NCBI GenBank assembly: GCA_025839675.1
Contig: CP104013.1
Location: 4,800,001 to 4,832,000, forward strand
Length of the DNA: 32,000 nucleotides
Direction of reading: 5' to 3'
Origin: Candidatus Lokiarchaeum ossiferum
Lineage (GTDB): Archaea > Asgardarchaeota > Lokiarchaeia > Sigyniarchaeales > Promethearchaeaceae
The notes below the pieces were generated by a model, which worked only from the letters and a program-made list of their open reading frames with translations, was not told the DNA's origin and did no database searches. The translations under genes were made by a program, and so were the position numbers. This document shows positions 1-7,980 of this stretch, in pieces (the first letter of the stretch is position 1; each line of letters begins with the position of its first letter).

Positions 1-219
1 ATCGGCACTGATCACTTTGCGTTCATATAAAATTTCAACATGACCTGCATCAAAAGAAAATTTTATTGCTTTGTACATATCGTTTTGTTGATCGAGGGGA
101 GTTAATCGTAAGACGTCGACAAAATCTTGTTCTATGGCCTCATCTATCATGCGTTCTAAATACTGCGGAAGTGCATCGGGTTCGTTGAATAGACTGGGCA
201 TAGTGAAGTTTAACTCCAT
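1..219 (-). CDS. hypothetical protein, N-terminal fragment (gene continues past the window start)
   Basis: Absent from the ORF track because the window edge truncates it. My reverse-complement reading gives ATG at 217-219 and 73 open codons to position 1 (MELNFTMPSLFNEPDALPQYLERMIDEAIEQDFVDVLRLTPLDQQNDMYKAIKFSFDAGHVEILYERKVISAD...). AGGTGA Shine-Dalgarno-like motif at 228-233 (minus strand), 8 nt upstream. No family recognised. Confidence 0.4.
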   Translation of the reverse strand, partial: MELNFTMPSLFNEPDALPQYLERMIDEAIEQDFVDVLRLTPLDQQNDMYKAIKFSFDAGHVEILYERKVISAD

Positions 220-382
220 CAAATTTTTCACCTAAATTGCACGATTTATGGCAATTTTGTTTTATGATTGATTAAAAACTAATGTTCTAATTTAAATTCT
301 AGCATTTTGTTTTTATACGTGTCACGTCGAAATTTTTATATATATTAAAAGTAACATATATTGAGCACCTATTTAAAGCTAA

Positions 383-413
383 CCCACTTTCGACAAAAAA
401 AATTTGAGGTGGG
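383..413 (-). terminator. candidate terminator downstream of the GTPase pair (oligo-T tract within a short inverted repeat)
   Basis: On the minus strand, a T8 run (395-402) is flanked by the inverted repeat CCCAC (383-387) / GTGGG (409-413), about 45-75 nt after the stop at 457. Archaeal termination commonly uses oligo-T tracts. Confidence 0.3.
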
Positions 414-456
414 CGACTAAAAATTATAATTTTCTAAGAATTGATTTCCATAAATG

Positions 457-1215
457 TTAATCTTGCCAAATTCTTTCATTATCTTCAGGGTTCAACTCTT
501 CATCAAGATTTTCTTGAAAACCGATCTTTTCTTTGTCTTGCTTGGGAGAATTTTCGGGAATCTCTGCCAAACCATCATCTTCTAAGTTAACATCAATTTT
601 ATCATCGGGAAGTAATTTCATAGAGACTAATTCGGATCCATGTTGGACTCGGGACGATGTGACCGATATCTGTAATGAAGAAAGTACATAATTTAAGGTA
701 AATTGGAAGCCTTTGTAAAAATCGGGTAGGATTGAAGTACCAAAAACGCGAATTTTATCCTTACCAAATTTTTTCTCAATGGCTAAGCGAATTGTGCTTA
801 TTTTTTTTTCCCGCTTTTTATCAGAGGGAATTAAATCTATTTTGTGAAGCAGAACATACACGAACGGAATATCATAGCGAGATACGATGGTATTTAGCTG
901 TTCCACCAACTCAAGTATTTTACGTTTCGAATGTCGACAATCGAAAATAATAAGTAATTCATCCGTTGCCGGAAAAATATATTCATTTTCTCTCTTAAAC
1001 CATGTTTCTAATTCTTGGCCAGCAAGGTCAAAAACTCCAATTTGTAAATTTCTCCATTGAAAATTAGAAACATCAATTCCTCGGGTTGGTTCAATAGAAC
1101 TTCTCAATATGACTTCAGGTTCGACATATCCAAAAGTAGTTAGGACAATCGAGGATTTACCACTCGCGGGAGGACCGACGAAAATTACTTTTTTTTCAAT
1201 TTCCATTATGATCAA
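457..1215 (-). CDS. Rag/Gtr-like small GTPase (paralog A)
   Basis: P-loop GPPASGKSS, switch-I EPTRGIDV, G3 DLAGQE, G4 LLHKIDL (His in place of the usual Asn, as in Rag/Gtr HKxD), then FGTSILPD..YKGF (compare Rag TSIWDE..YKAW). The segment GQELETWF..YIF..ELLIIFD aligns by eye with RagA GQDTFMENYF..NIF..VLIYVFD. The ORF-track start is TTG at 1215; ATG at 1204-1206 (MEIEKKVIFVG) is the more likely start. Confidence 0.75.
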   Translation of the reverse strand: MIIMEIEKKVIFVGPPASGKSSIVLTTFGYVEPEVILRSSIEPTRGIDVSNFQWRNLQIGVFDLAGQELETWFKRENEYIFPATDELLIIFDCRHSKRKILELVEQLNTIVSRYDIPFVYVLLHKIDLIPSDKKREKKISTIRLAIEKKFGKDKIRVFGTSILPDFYKGFQFTLNYVLSSLQISVTSSRVQHGSELVSMKLLPDDKIDVNLEDDGLAEIPENSPKQDKEKIGFQENLDEELNPEDNERIWQD

Positions 1216-1245
1216 TTTTTTAAGGGATTAAAGGGTGCTTCTGGC

Positions 1246-2034
1246 TCAATCACGATCTCGTTCAATTTCCTGGATGGTTAAATCTTTTTTGACTGTTGCC
1301 ATTTCATTATATCCGTTTGGGTTGACCTTCGGGACTTCTGCTAAACTATCATCGTCTAAATTAACGCCAATAAATCCTGCTGTCCGTAAACTTTTTAGCA
1401 ATGCTTCGGAGACTGGAACTGCTCGGAGTTCTTTCATATTTCGGACAGATATTTCCAAGGCGGTAAGCATCCAATCCATTTGAAATTTGAATTTTCCAAA
1501 ATGATCTGGAAATAGTGAAGTAGCAAAAATTTTGATCCGATCCATTCCAAAGGTATCATCAATATTCTTTTTTAAAGTCGCAATATAAGTTTCCCGCTCG
1601 TTGATGGTTTTTGCTTTATCAATTTTATGTAAAATAAGGTAATAATAAGGGATTTTAAACTTTTTAACAATGGAGAGTAACACTTTTATTAACCCGACGA
1701 TTTTTTTCGGATTCATACCAAACTCAAAAACAATGAGAAGTTCATCAGTTCCTGGAAAAATGAAATCTTGTTCATTAGTAAGAAAGAAATTGAGTTCTTG
1801 GCCTGAGAGATCATGAACTCCAATATTGACATGCCCATAACGATAAACTGAGTTCTCCATTCCACGTGTGGGTTCTGCTGGTGATGCTAAAATCAAATCT
1901 GGTTCAACAGAACCAAAAATAGACAACAATATTGAAGTTTTCCCGCAGTTCGGGGGACCTAAAATAACGAGTTTTTTATCAGAATCCATATCAGAATTTT
2001 CCATATATACACTTATATCTGCAATTTTCACCAA
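1246..2034 (-). CDS. Rag/Gtr-like small GTPase (paralog B)
   Basis: GPPNCGKTS, EPTRGMEN, DLSGQE, ILHKIDK, FATSLFPDHFGKF. It aligns along its whole length with paralog A. The ORF-track start is TTG at 2034. ATG at 2002-2004 or 1987-1989 (MDSDKKLVILGPP, matching MEIEKKVIFVGPP of A) is more likely. It lies 39 nt upstream of paralog A on the same strand. Confidence 0.75.
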   Translation of the reverse strand: MVKIADISVYMENSDMDSDKKLVILGPPNCGKTSILLSIFGSVEPDLILASPAEPTRGMENSVYRYGHVNIGVHDLSGQELNFFLTNEQDFIFPGTDELLIVFEFGMNPKKIVGLIKVLLSIVKKFKIPYYYLILHKIDKAKTINERETYIATLKKNIDDTFGMDRIKIFATSLFPDHFGKFKFQMDWMLTALEISVRNMKELRAVPVSEALLKSLRTAGFIGVNLDDDSLAEVPKVNPNGYNEMATVKKDLTIQEIERDRD

Positions 2035-2121
2035 AATAGCCTTGCTATTAGAAAAAATCCAACGATGTTTTTAAAATGATGAACGAACTTAAATCCAAGT
2101 TAGCATGTAGATACATAAGAA

Positions 2122-2913
2122 ATGAAATTTTACTCTGCTTTTGAACCTCTCGATTCATATCCTACTGAGTTATTTATGCAAGATGCGATTCCTTTTTGGT
2201 TAAAGGGAAAATCCGACAACGCTATTGTGATTTGTTTGCATGGACATGGCGCTACCACCTATGAAGCTTTACCCATCGGGCGAATTATCTTTGAGAAAAA
2301 AATTGATTGCGCAGGTCCATTGTTACCTGCTCATGGATTAAAAAATATAAAGATGGCTCAAAAACACATGAGCGGTATTAAAATGGAAGATTGGATTGCT
2401 CATGCACGTAAAGAAATTCAGATTGCCCGTAGTCTCTATTCTCACGTATTTATTTATGGACAATCCATGGGGGGTGCTATTGCATTACTTTTGGCTGCTG
2501 AAGGATTGGTTGATGCGTGCGCCGTGACTGCTCCCGCATTGCTACTGCCTCGTATTACTAACCTTAGTCCATTCTTAGGGTGGTTGAATGTCAATATTCC
2601 TGTTGATACGACCCAAAATTCTTTTTTTAATGAAGTTTATTCTTTTAGAAACATCAAGGAGAGTAAACAACTCTATAAATTATCAAAACTAGCACGAAGA
2701 AAATTAAAATTGATTACTTGCCCTGTTTGTGTGTGCCATTCTCATAATGATCAAACTGTTAATCCCAAGGTGGTAGACATCATCTGTAGATCTGTGAAGG
2801 GGTATGTAGATGTGGGATGGTTTGATAAATCGCAACATTCAATGACTTTGGATATTCAAGCGAAGGAAATCGGCGACAAAATTAGTCATTTCTTCCAAAA
2901 ATCGATTCACTGA
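2122..2913 (+). CDS. alpha/beta hydrolase, carboxylesterase / monoacylglycerol-lipase-like
   Basis: HG oxyanion motif (CLHGHG), nucleophile elbow GQSMGG, acid HNDQTV, catalytic His in SQHSMTLD. Length and motif order resemble Est/YvaK-type carboxylesterases (C-terminal GWFDKSQHSMTLD compares with KWYEQSGHVITLD). Confidence 0.75.
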   Translation: MKFYSAFEPLDSYPTELFMQDAIPFWLKGKSDNAIVICLHGHGATTYEALPIGRIIFEKKIDCAGPLLPAHGLKNIKMAQKHMSGIKMEDWIAHARKEIQIARSLYSHVFIYGQSMGGAIALLLAAEGLVDACAVTAPALLLPRITNLSPFLGWLNVNIPVDTTQNSFFNEVYSFRNIKESKQLYKLSKLARRKLKLITCPVCVCHSHNDQTVNPKVVDIICRSVKGYVDVGWFDKSQHSMTLDIQAKEIGDKISHFFQKSIH

Positions 2914-2998
2914 GATGTTTCTTTTTATTTGTCGTTTAATAAATTGAAAGCGAGGGATTTATAAACTATTTTAAAGCTTATTATCGTGTGAAGAACAC

Positions 2999-4063
2999 TT
3001 GAAGCAAATAAGAAGAAAAACTATCTTTAATTCGACTTTTGGAGTCGTTTTATCCATCTTAATTCTAAACATCTTTATTGGTTCCGTTTCGGGTTGGAAA
3101 AATGGATCCTTTGCGGATGATCCTGCAGTGTATAATTATGTCGATGATTATGGGACACATGATTGGATTGCTGATTACGCTTTGCAAAGTCTAATGGCGC
3201 TGAATGGTTCCCAATGGCAATGGTTGGAGGATCGTAAGGAAATTTACTATGTTGGGACGGAAGCTCCAGATAATTCTGGGATAAATATTGTCCTTGATGG
3301 ATCTACCATTGAAGGCTTTGGGGATACAACCTATCATCATGTGTATTTCTACGAAAATGGAACTGTGCTGGAAGACGATTCTGCAGTGCGAGCAAAATGG
3401 TGTGGTGATTGGGCAGATGTTTCATTTTCTGCAGGAGATTTTGATAAAGCCGCTTTCTATTTGGGTGCTATGACACATTATATTGCTGATCTTGGCATGT
3501 ATGCCCATGTTGCTGACAACTATGTTGCCCCATACAATATCTATTTTGATGAACATCATTCTACCATAGAAGGATATGTTAACACACGAACTAATGAATA
3601 TGATGATATGGTTGAGTTTTTTCACATTTCAAATATCAATGTAACCTCAATCACTCCTTATAATTCTGCAATTCAACTTGCTTGGCAAACCTACAAAGAC
3701 CCTTCTCCTTCTGAATCTATAACCCGAGATGCATTGTGGTTACATAATAATCATTTTACAGGCTGGGCATTGACCTATGATTCTCGAATGAGTGAAACGA
3801 ATGAAACCAAACTTCAATATTACGATCGCTTCGAAGAAAACTTGTGGAATGCAATTTCTAAATGTGCTTCTTCCATTTACAATGTATGTGGATCCGGTGA
3901 TACCGCTTCTACATCCACTACCGCCACCACGACGACTACAACTGAATCTGAACCAGATGTCATCGATCAGATTTTATCCATTTTTACAATAATTCCTTGG
4001 TGGACAATTTTGATTTTACTCGGGATCGTTGTTATTATCGTTGTTATTAAACGGAATAACTAA
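2999..4063 (+). CDS. secreted zinc-dependent phospholipase C / P1-nuclease-fold protein with Thr-rich linker and C-terminal TM anchor
   Basis: Signal peptide KQIRRK + hydrophobic core ...GSVSG, followed by Trp (WKNG), as in the mature W1 zinc ligand of PLC/P1 nuclease. Further motifs: GTHDWIA; YHHVYF; HYIADLGMYAH (H-x3-D-x5-H, the spacing of PLC HYLGDVNQPMH and P1 HFIGDMTQPLH); HSTIE (H-x3-E as in PLC). Linker TASTSTTATTTTTTESEP, then TM WWTILILLGIVVIIVVI-KRNN. There is no Met before the signal peptide, so the start must be TTG 2999 or GTG 2987. Confidence 0.65.
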   Translation: MKQIRRKTIFNSTFGVVLSILILNIFIGSVSGWKNGSFADDPAVYNYVDDYGTHDWIADYALQSLMALNGSQWQWLEDRKEIYYVGTEAPDNSGINIVLDGSTIEGFGDTTYHHVYFYENGTVLEDDSAVRAKWCGDWADVSFSAGDFDKAAFYLGAMTHYIADLGMYAHVADNYVAPYNIYFDEHHSTIEGYVNTRTNEYDDMVEFFHISNINVTSITPYNSAIQLAWQTYKDPSPSESITRDALWLHNNHFTGWALTYDSRMSETNETKLQYYDRFEENLWNAISKCASSIYNVCGSGDTASTSTTATTTTTTESEPDVIDQILSIFTIIPWWTILILLGIVVIIVVIKRNN

Positions 4064-4090
4064 ATTTTTTCGAATCTTTTTTATTTATCG
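4064..4090 (+). terminator. candidate oligo-T terminator after the PLC-like gene
   Basis: Two T6 runs lie directly after the TAA stop (taaattttttcgaatcttttttattt). An 8-bp inverted repeat AAATCGAG/CTCGATTT follows at 4114-4143. Confidence 0.35.
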
Positions 4091-4180
4091 CTTCTTTACT
4101 CTCAAACGAGTTAAAATCGAGAAATTCCTTTTTACCTCGATTTAAAAAACGGTTCAAACTGATTGAGATGATAACTATAT

Positions 4181-4459
4181 ATGGTGTCAATAGAAAAAAT
4201 CCATCTGGAACATGAAAAACTAACCGAAAAAATTAAGAAAATTGAACAAAATATCAAACATAAATCAAACGAAATGAAAATGCAGAAGAAATATGGACAT
4301 AAACATCATGATACCGAAAAATTTGCCCGGGAAATAAGTATTTTAACTCGGGAAAAACGAAGTTTAATCCATAAACTTGAAAAACTGAAACTTAAGGAAC
4401 AGAAAGTGCAAGCAAAATTAGACAAAAAAAAACCAAAAGTGGAACCACCCGTTAAATAA
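4181..4459 (+). CDS. hypothetical Lys/Glu-rich coiled-coil protein (92 aa)
   Basis: ATG-initiated ORF filling an otherwise ~400 bp gap. TTTAAAAAA TATA-like box at 4141-4149, about 35 nt upstream. Heptad-like charged sequence (KLTEKIKKIEQNIKHK..LEKLKLKEQKVQAKL). The K-rich composition could also arise from A-rich DNA, so this is uncertain. Confidence 0.4.
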   Translation: MVSIEKIHLEHEKLTEKIKKIEQNIKHKSNEMKMQKKYGHKHHDTEKFAREISILTREKRSLIHKLEKLKLKEQKVQAKLDKKKPKVEPPVK

Positions 4460-4465
4460 ATTTCA

Positions 4466-6703
4466 TTAATCTTTTTTTTCTTCGCATTGATTAAGATGAC
4501 ATCGTCGGCAGCTTTGACACCCTGAATGATCAAGTAAGTTTTCTTGAATTAGAATGGTTTGTTCTGGAGAACGATTCCTATGATGTTTTTTTTGATGATT
4601 TGAATGTTTTTTGATTAGATGCAAGGTTAAAATCATCAATCCAAAGAGGAATGCGAATGTGGTGATCATAACAACGGATTCTGAACGCTGAGGTAAAATA
4701 AATGCAAGAAGAACATAACTCCACCGAACGATTGCAGAGATAAATACCGCTCCAAGTAACTCAAATAGAAAAATTTGTAACGCGAATTTTTTTCCAGACT
4801 CTTTTCCGATTACTACTATCGTTGCCAAGCATGGCACATAGAGCATCGTCACCAATGTAAAAGTTATCATTTGAATTGGTGTCATATATTCATTCATGGT
4901 CATACCAATAGAAAGGACATATAATTCCAAGAGAATAAGATTTAATTCTTTTCGCAAAACTCCATAAAATAAATATATTCCTACACCAATAGGTAATCCC
5001 AAAATATAGACTGTAATGGGTGAAATCATTATATTAAGGCTCTCAACTATATTAAATTCCATCATAATTTGCATTAAAATACTCAGAATAACGATGAGTG
5101 GGAGAGCTAATACCACAAATTCTTTGCTCCGATGCCAGGTTTGTTTGGCAATGACTTTCAAATTTGGACGCCGAAAATCATGAAGTTCAATGATTAATTC
5201 TGATTGAATACCCCCTTCTTCAAACCAATTGGACATTAATTTCCCAACTATGATTATAACCATCAGATTAATTAAATATAATAAGAAGGCCCATCCGATT
5301 CCGAGATATTTGCCAACTAATCCCAATACAATGGTAGTCACTGCTGAGCATGGGATTAGCGAGGAAATCACTATTGCTCGCTTCTTTTCCGCTTCTGTTT
5401 CCATGATTGACGTTGCACTGATTGCTGGAACGTTGCAACCTAATCCTATAAGTACGGGAATTATGGTTTTTCCATGCACTCCAATGGAATGCATAAAGCG
5501 ATCCATTAGATAGGCTGCCCGAGGAAGATAGCCTGTGTCTTGTAAAATTTCAATAATTGCAAAAAATGGAATAACATAAGGTAAAACTCCGCCGATTCCT
5601 GCAAATAATCCCCCTATGATACTGCTCCAAATAATTTTAAATGCCCAAGTATCCGCTCCTAAGAGATTAATAGCACCAGGAGTAATCAAACCAAACAGAT
5701 TATCCATTAATCCAGAAATCCAGTTTCCAAAAGAAAATATTGCAAGATATATTCCGAACATAACCACTGCTAACAATATGTAGCCTTTGATGTTGTCTAA
5801 TGTTATATGATCAATTAAATGGCGAATTTTACTTTTCCGTGTTTGAGTCTTGAGAAATTCCACTTGGGTAACGATTTGAGATGAAATATTATACATTTCT
5901 GCATTCAGAATAGTGGAAATTTGTTCCCCATGTAAATTTTCTAAATTTGTTCTTGTTTCATTAATTTTATATACTAATTTAGCAGTATCTGATCCGGTCA
6001 CTTCATTAAATGCACGAATATTTTTTAAACAATATTCATCATTTTCCAAGAGTTTCATAGCCATGAATTTTGATGGACAAGATATCTTTCGATAGAGTTC
6101 TTGAACTTCTGCAGATATTTGATTTATTTTTTCTTCTATTTCTTTTCCAAAAGTTATTTTTTTCATACTTAAAGTCTTATGGCCTTCTTCAATTTCGATG
6201 ATTTCTTCTAAAATTTCATGAACTCCTCGATTATGGACTGCAACCGTCGGGACTACTGCCACGCCCAAGAGTGATTCTAATTTTTCTCGGTCTATTTCAT
6301 ATCCTCTTTCTTTAAGTAAATCAATTTGGTTTAAGGAGATTATTGTCGGCCGATTCAACATCAAAAGTTGAATTGTTAAAAATAAATTCCGTTCTAAATG
6401 GTTGGAATCTAAAACATTCACAATATAGTCCGGTGATTCATCTAAAATATATTCTCGACTCACAATTTCTTCTAGTGAATAGGTGGATAAAGAATAAATC
6501 CCTGGAAGATCAATGATTTTGAAAATGTAGTTTCCAAATTTGGCGGTTCCTTCGGCTTTTGCTACGGTTTTTCCTGGCCAATTACCCACCACTTGACTTA
6601 AACCAGTCAATCGATTAAAAATAACACTTTTACCCACATTGGGTTGTCCAGCTAGAGCAATACGAATAATCTTGGGGTCGCTTATTTGATGTTGAGGGCT
6701 CAT
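4466..6703 (-). CDS. feoB: ferrous iron transporter FeoB
   Basis: N-terminal G domain (IALAGQPNVGKSVIFNRLTG, DLPGIYSL, LNQIDL), then a large polytopic membrane domain with typical gate motifs. His/Cys-rich tail (HSNHQKKHH...HSGCQSCRRCHLNQC). Preceded by feoA. Confidence 0.9.
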   Translation of the reverse strand: MSPQHQISDPKIIRIALAGQPNVGKSVIFNRLTGLSQVVGNWPGKTVAKAEGTAKFGNYIFKIIDLPGIYSLSTYSLEEIVSREYILDESPDYIVNVLDSNHLERNLFLTIQLLMLNRPTIISLNQIDLLKERGYEIDREKLESLLGVAVVPTVAVHNRGVHEILEEIIEIEEGHKTLSMKKITFGKEIEEKINQISAEVQELYRKISCPSKFMAMKLLENDEYCLKNIRAFNEVTGSDTAKLVYKINETRTNLENLHGEQISTILNAEMYNISSQIVTQVEFLKTQTRKSKIRHLIDHITLDNIKGYILLAVVMFGIYLAIFSFGNWISGLMDNLFGLITPGAINLLGADTWAFKIIWSSIIGGLFAGIGGVLPYVIPFFAIIEILQDTGYLPRAAYLMDRFMHSIGVHGKTIIPVLIGLGCNVPAISATSIMETEAEKKRAIVISSLIPCSAVTTIVLGLVGKYLGIGWAFLLYLINLMVIIIVGKLMSNWFEEGGIQSELIIELHDFRRPNLKVIAKQTWHRSKEFVVLALPLIVILSILMQIMMEFNIVESLNIMISPITVYILGLPIGVGIYLFYGVLRKELNLILLELYVLSIGMTMNEYMTPIQMITFTLVTMLYVPCLATIVVIGKESGKKFALQIFLFELLGAVFISAIVRWSYVLLAFILPQRSESVVMITTFAFLFGLMILTLHLIKKHSNHQKKHHRNRSPEQTILIQENLLDHSGCQSCRRCHLNQCEEKKD

Positions 6704-6772
6704 TGTTTTAATTCGTTTTTCTATTAAGTAAAAAAAAGAAAGGAAGGTAAATACGAAATATCTGGTCTATTC

Positions 6773-7051
6773 TCACAAAATTTGAATAAGAATCTTTGCT
6801 GCTAATCCTCGACCAATAGCTAATCGAGTTCCCCGCAGTGAAATTTGCACGGGACCTCTAAAAGGTGCAGCAGAAATTTTTTCAATAACTGTCCCTGGGG
6901 TAATTCCCATTCCTGAAAGGCGTTGGGTTGCTCGAATTCCTGCAAAAATATGAGATACTTTGGCTTTCACATTTAATGGCAGATCTGATAATGGAATTTC
7001 TCTAAAATCTTTGTTTTCATAGTTTTTGCTTGATTGTGACAAGATGATCAT
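6773..7051 (-). CDS. feoA: FeoA family iron transport protein
   Basis: Small SH3-like FeoA signature (LSGMGITPGTVIEKISAAPFRGPVQISLRGTRLAIGRGLAAKILI), 69 nt upstream of feoB on the same strand. Confidence 0.85.
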   Translation of the reverse strand: MIILSQSSKNYENKDFREIPLSDLPLNVKAKVSHIFAGIRATQRLSGMGITPGTVIEKISAAPFRGPVQISLRGTRLAIGRGLAAKILIQIL

Positions 7052-7064
7052 TTTTTATTATTTG

Positions 7065-7087
7065 TTAGGCTAGACTAAATTACCTAA
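7065..7087 (-). promoter_or_regulatory. candidate DtxR/IdeR-like iron-box operator in the feoA promoter
   Basis: TTAGGCTAG-ACTAA-ATTACCTAA lies 14-36 nt upstream of the feoA ATG and downstream of a TTTTTAATAT TATA-like element on the minus strand. Each 9-nt half-site matches the DtxR tox-operator halves (TTAGGATAG / TTTACCTAA) at 8 of 9 positions, but the centre is 4 bp longer than the 19-bp consensus. Confidence 0.3.
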
Positions 7088-7293
7088 TATTAAAAAGGAA
7101 GTGGAGGGTTAAAAAGTTTCACTTGGAAAAATATAGAGAATTAATGCGAAATCCCTTTTAATAATTGGAACATTTAGATTTTTTAGAATTCCCATAAAGA
7201 ATTTGAGAACTTATGATGTTTATGTGAATATATATTCACATACAAAAACACTTTTTTATTTTTTTGAACTAAATCGATTTACAATTTTACGGT

Positions 7294-7980
7294 TTAAGGA
7301 TTCAGAAATCTATCCAAATTTTTATTTCGAAACCGATTTTCAACGCCTCCTTTCATTCCAGGGAGTTGCATGCAGTTTTCAGGGATCATTTTCTTAAAAT
7401 ACTTTCGGTTTTCTCGTTCAGCGATAAATTGGGAAGCGTAAAATTCTTCGAAGAGGTCTGTATTATCAAAAGTAATATCATCAAAATAGGGTTGATCGGC
7501 ACGATTAACACTCAATTGTATGATTACAGTATCCAAAGTTTTTTTAAATATTGAAATTTGCCCCATTTCATCAATTGAAATTGTTTCTCTTTTCAAAGAG
7601 TTGTATAAACACACTATGAAATTTGGAAATCTATCATGAAAATATTGAAGAACGAAATCTTCTACAGCGTGGGAAATTGATATTTCACCCGCCAAAATTC
7701 CCTTCTTATTTAATTTTGTCCGCGTAAATTGTTTGCATCGTTCCGTTTCCTTGAATAATTCTTTGATCATTTTATCTACTTTACGTGCAAAGGGTGATCC
7801 AATATTTTGTAATACCGCTTCTGGAGTGGATTGAATTCTTTTGTGTATAATGGGAGAATAATTTGCATGACGTGGGATCAAATCTAAGATTTGAGCTTTT
7901 TCATATCCTTTTAATCCACATCGGCCATTAGATTCTACTTTTTTCTTTGGATACAAAGTTGGAACCCATTTTTCTAACAT
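7294..7980 (-). CDS. DUF4130 / TIGR03915-like 'probable DNA metabolism protein' (partner of the radical SAM protein)
   Basis: KQFTRTKLNKKGILAGEISISHAVEDFVLQYFHDRFPNF and the C-terminal EEFYASQFIAERENRKYFKKMIPENCMQLPG resemble family motifs recalled from memory (GFlRF..g.l.A.i.P.h.v....hF..Rfp ; Yf..i.I..R.N.....mP.ryW..LpE). The start overlaps the upstream radical SAM stop (ATGTTAG, 7974-7980). Confidence 0.6.
   Translation of the reverse strand: MLEKWVPTLYPKKKVESNGRCGLKGYEKAQILDLIPRHANYSPIIHKRIQSTPEAVLQNIGSPFARKVDKMIKELFKETERCKQFTRTKLNKKGILAGEISISHAVEDFVLQYFHDRFPNFIVCLYNSLKRETISIDEMGQISIFKKTLDTVIIQLSVNRADQPYFDDITFDNTDLFEEFYASQFIAERENRKYFKKMIPENCMQLPGMKGGVENRFRNKNLDRFLNP

Noticed and set aside
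732-1483. Plus-strand ORFs 732-950 and 1235-1483, antisense to the GTPase genes.
   Set aside because: They overlap genes with clear GTPase motifs on the opposite strand and have no recognisable motifs of their own. Likely frame artefacts of AT-rich sequence.
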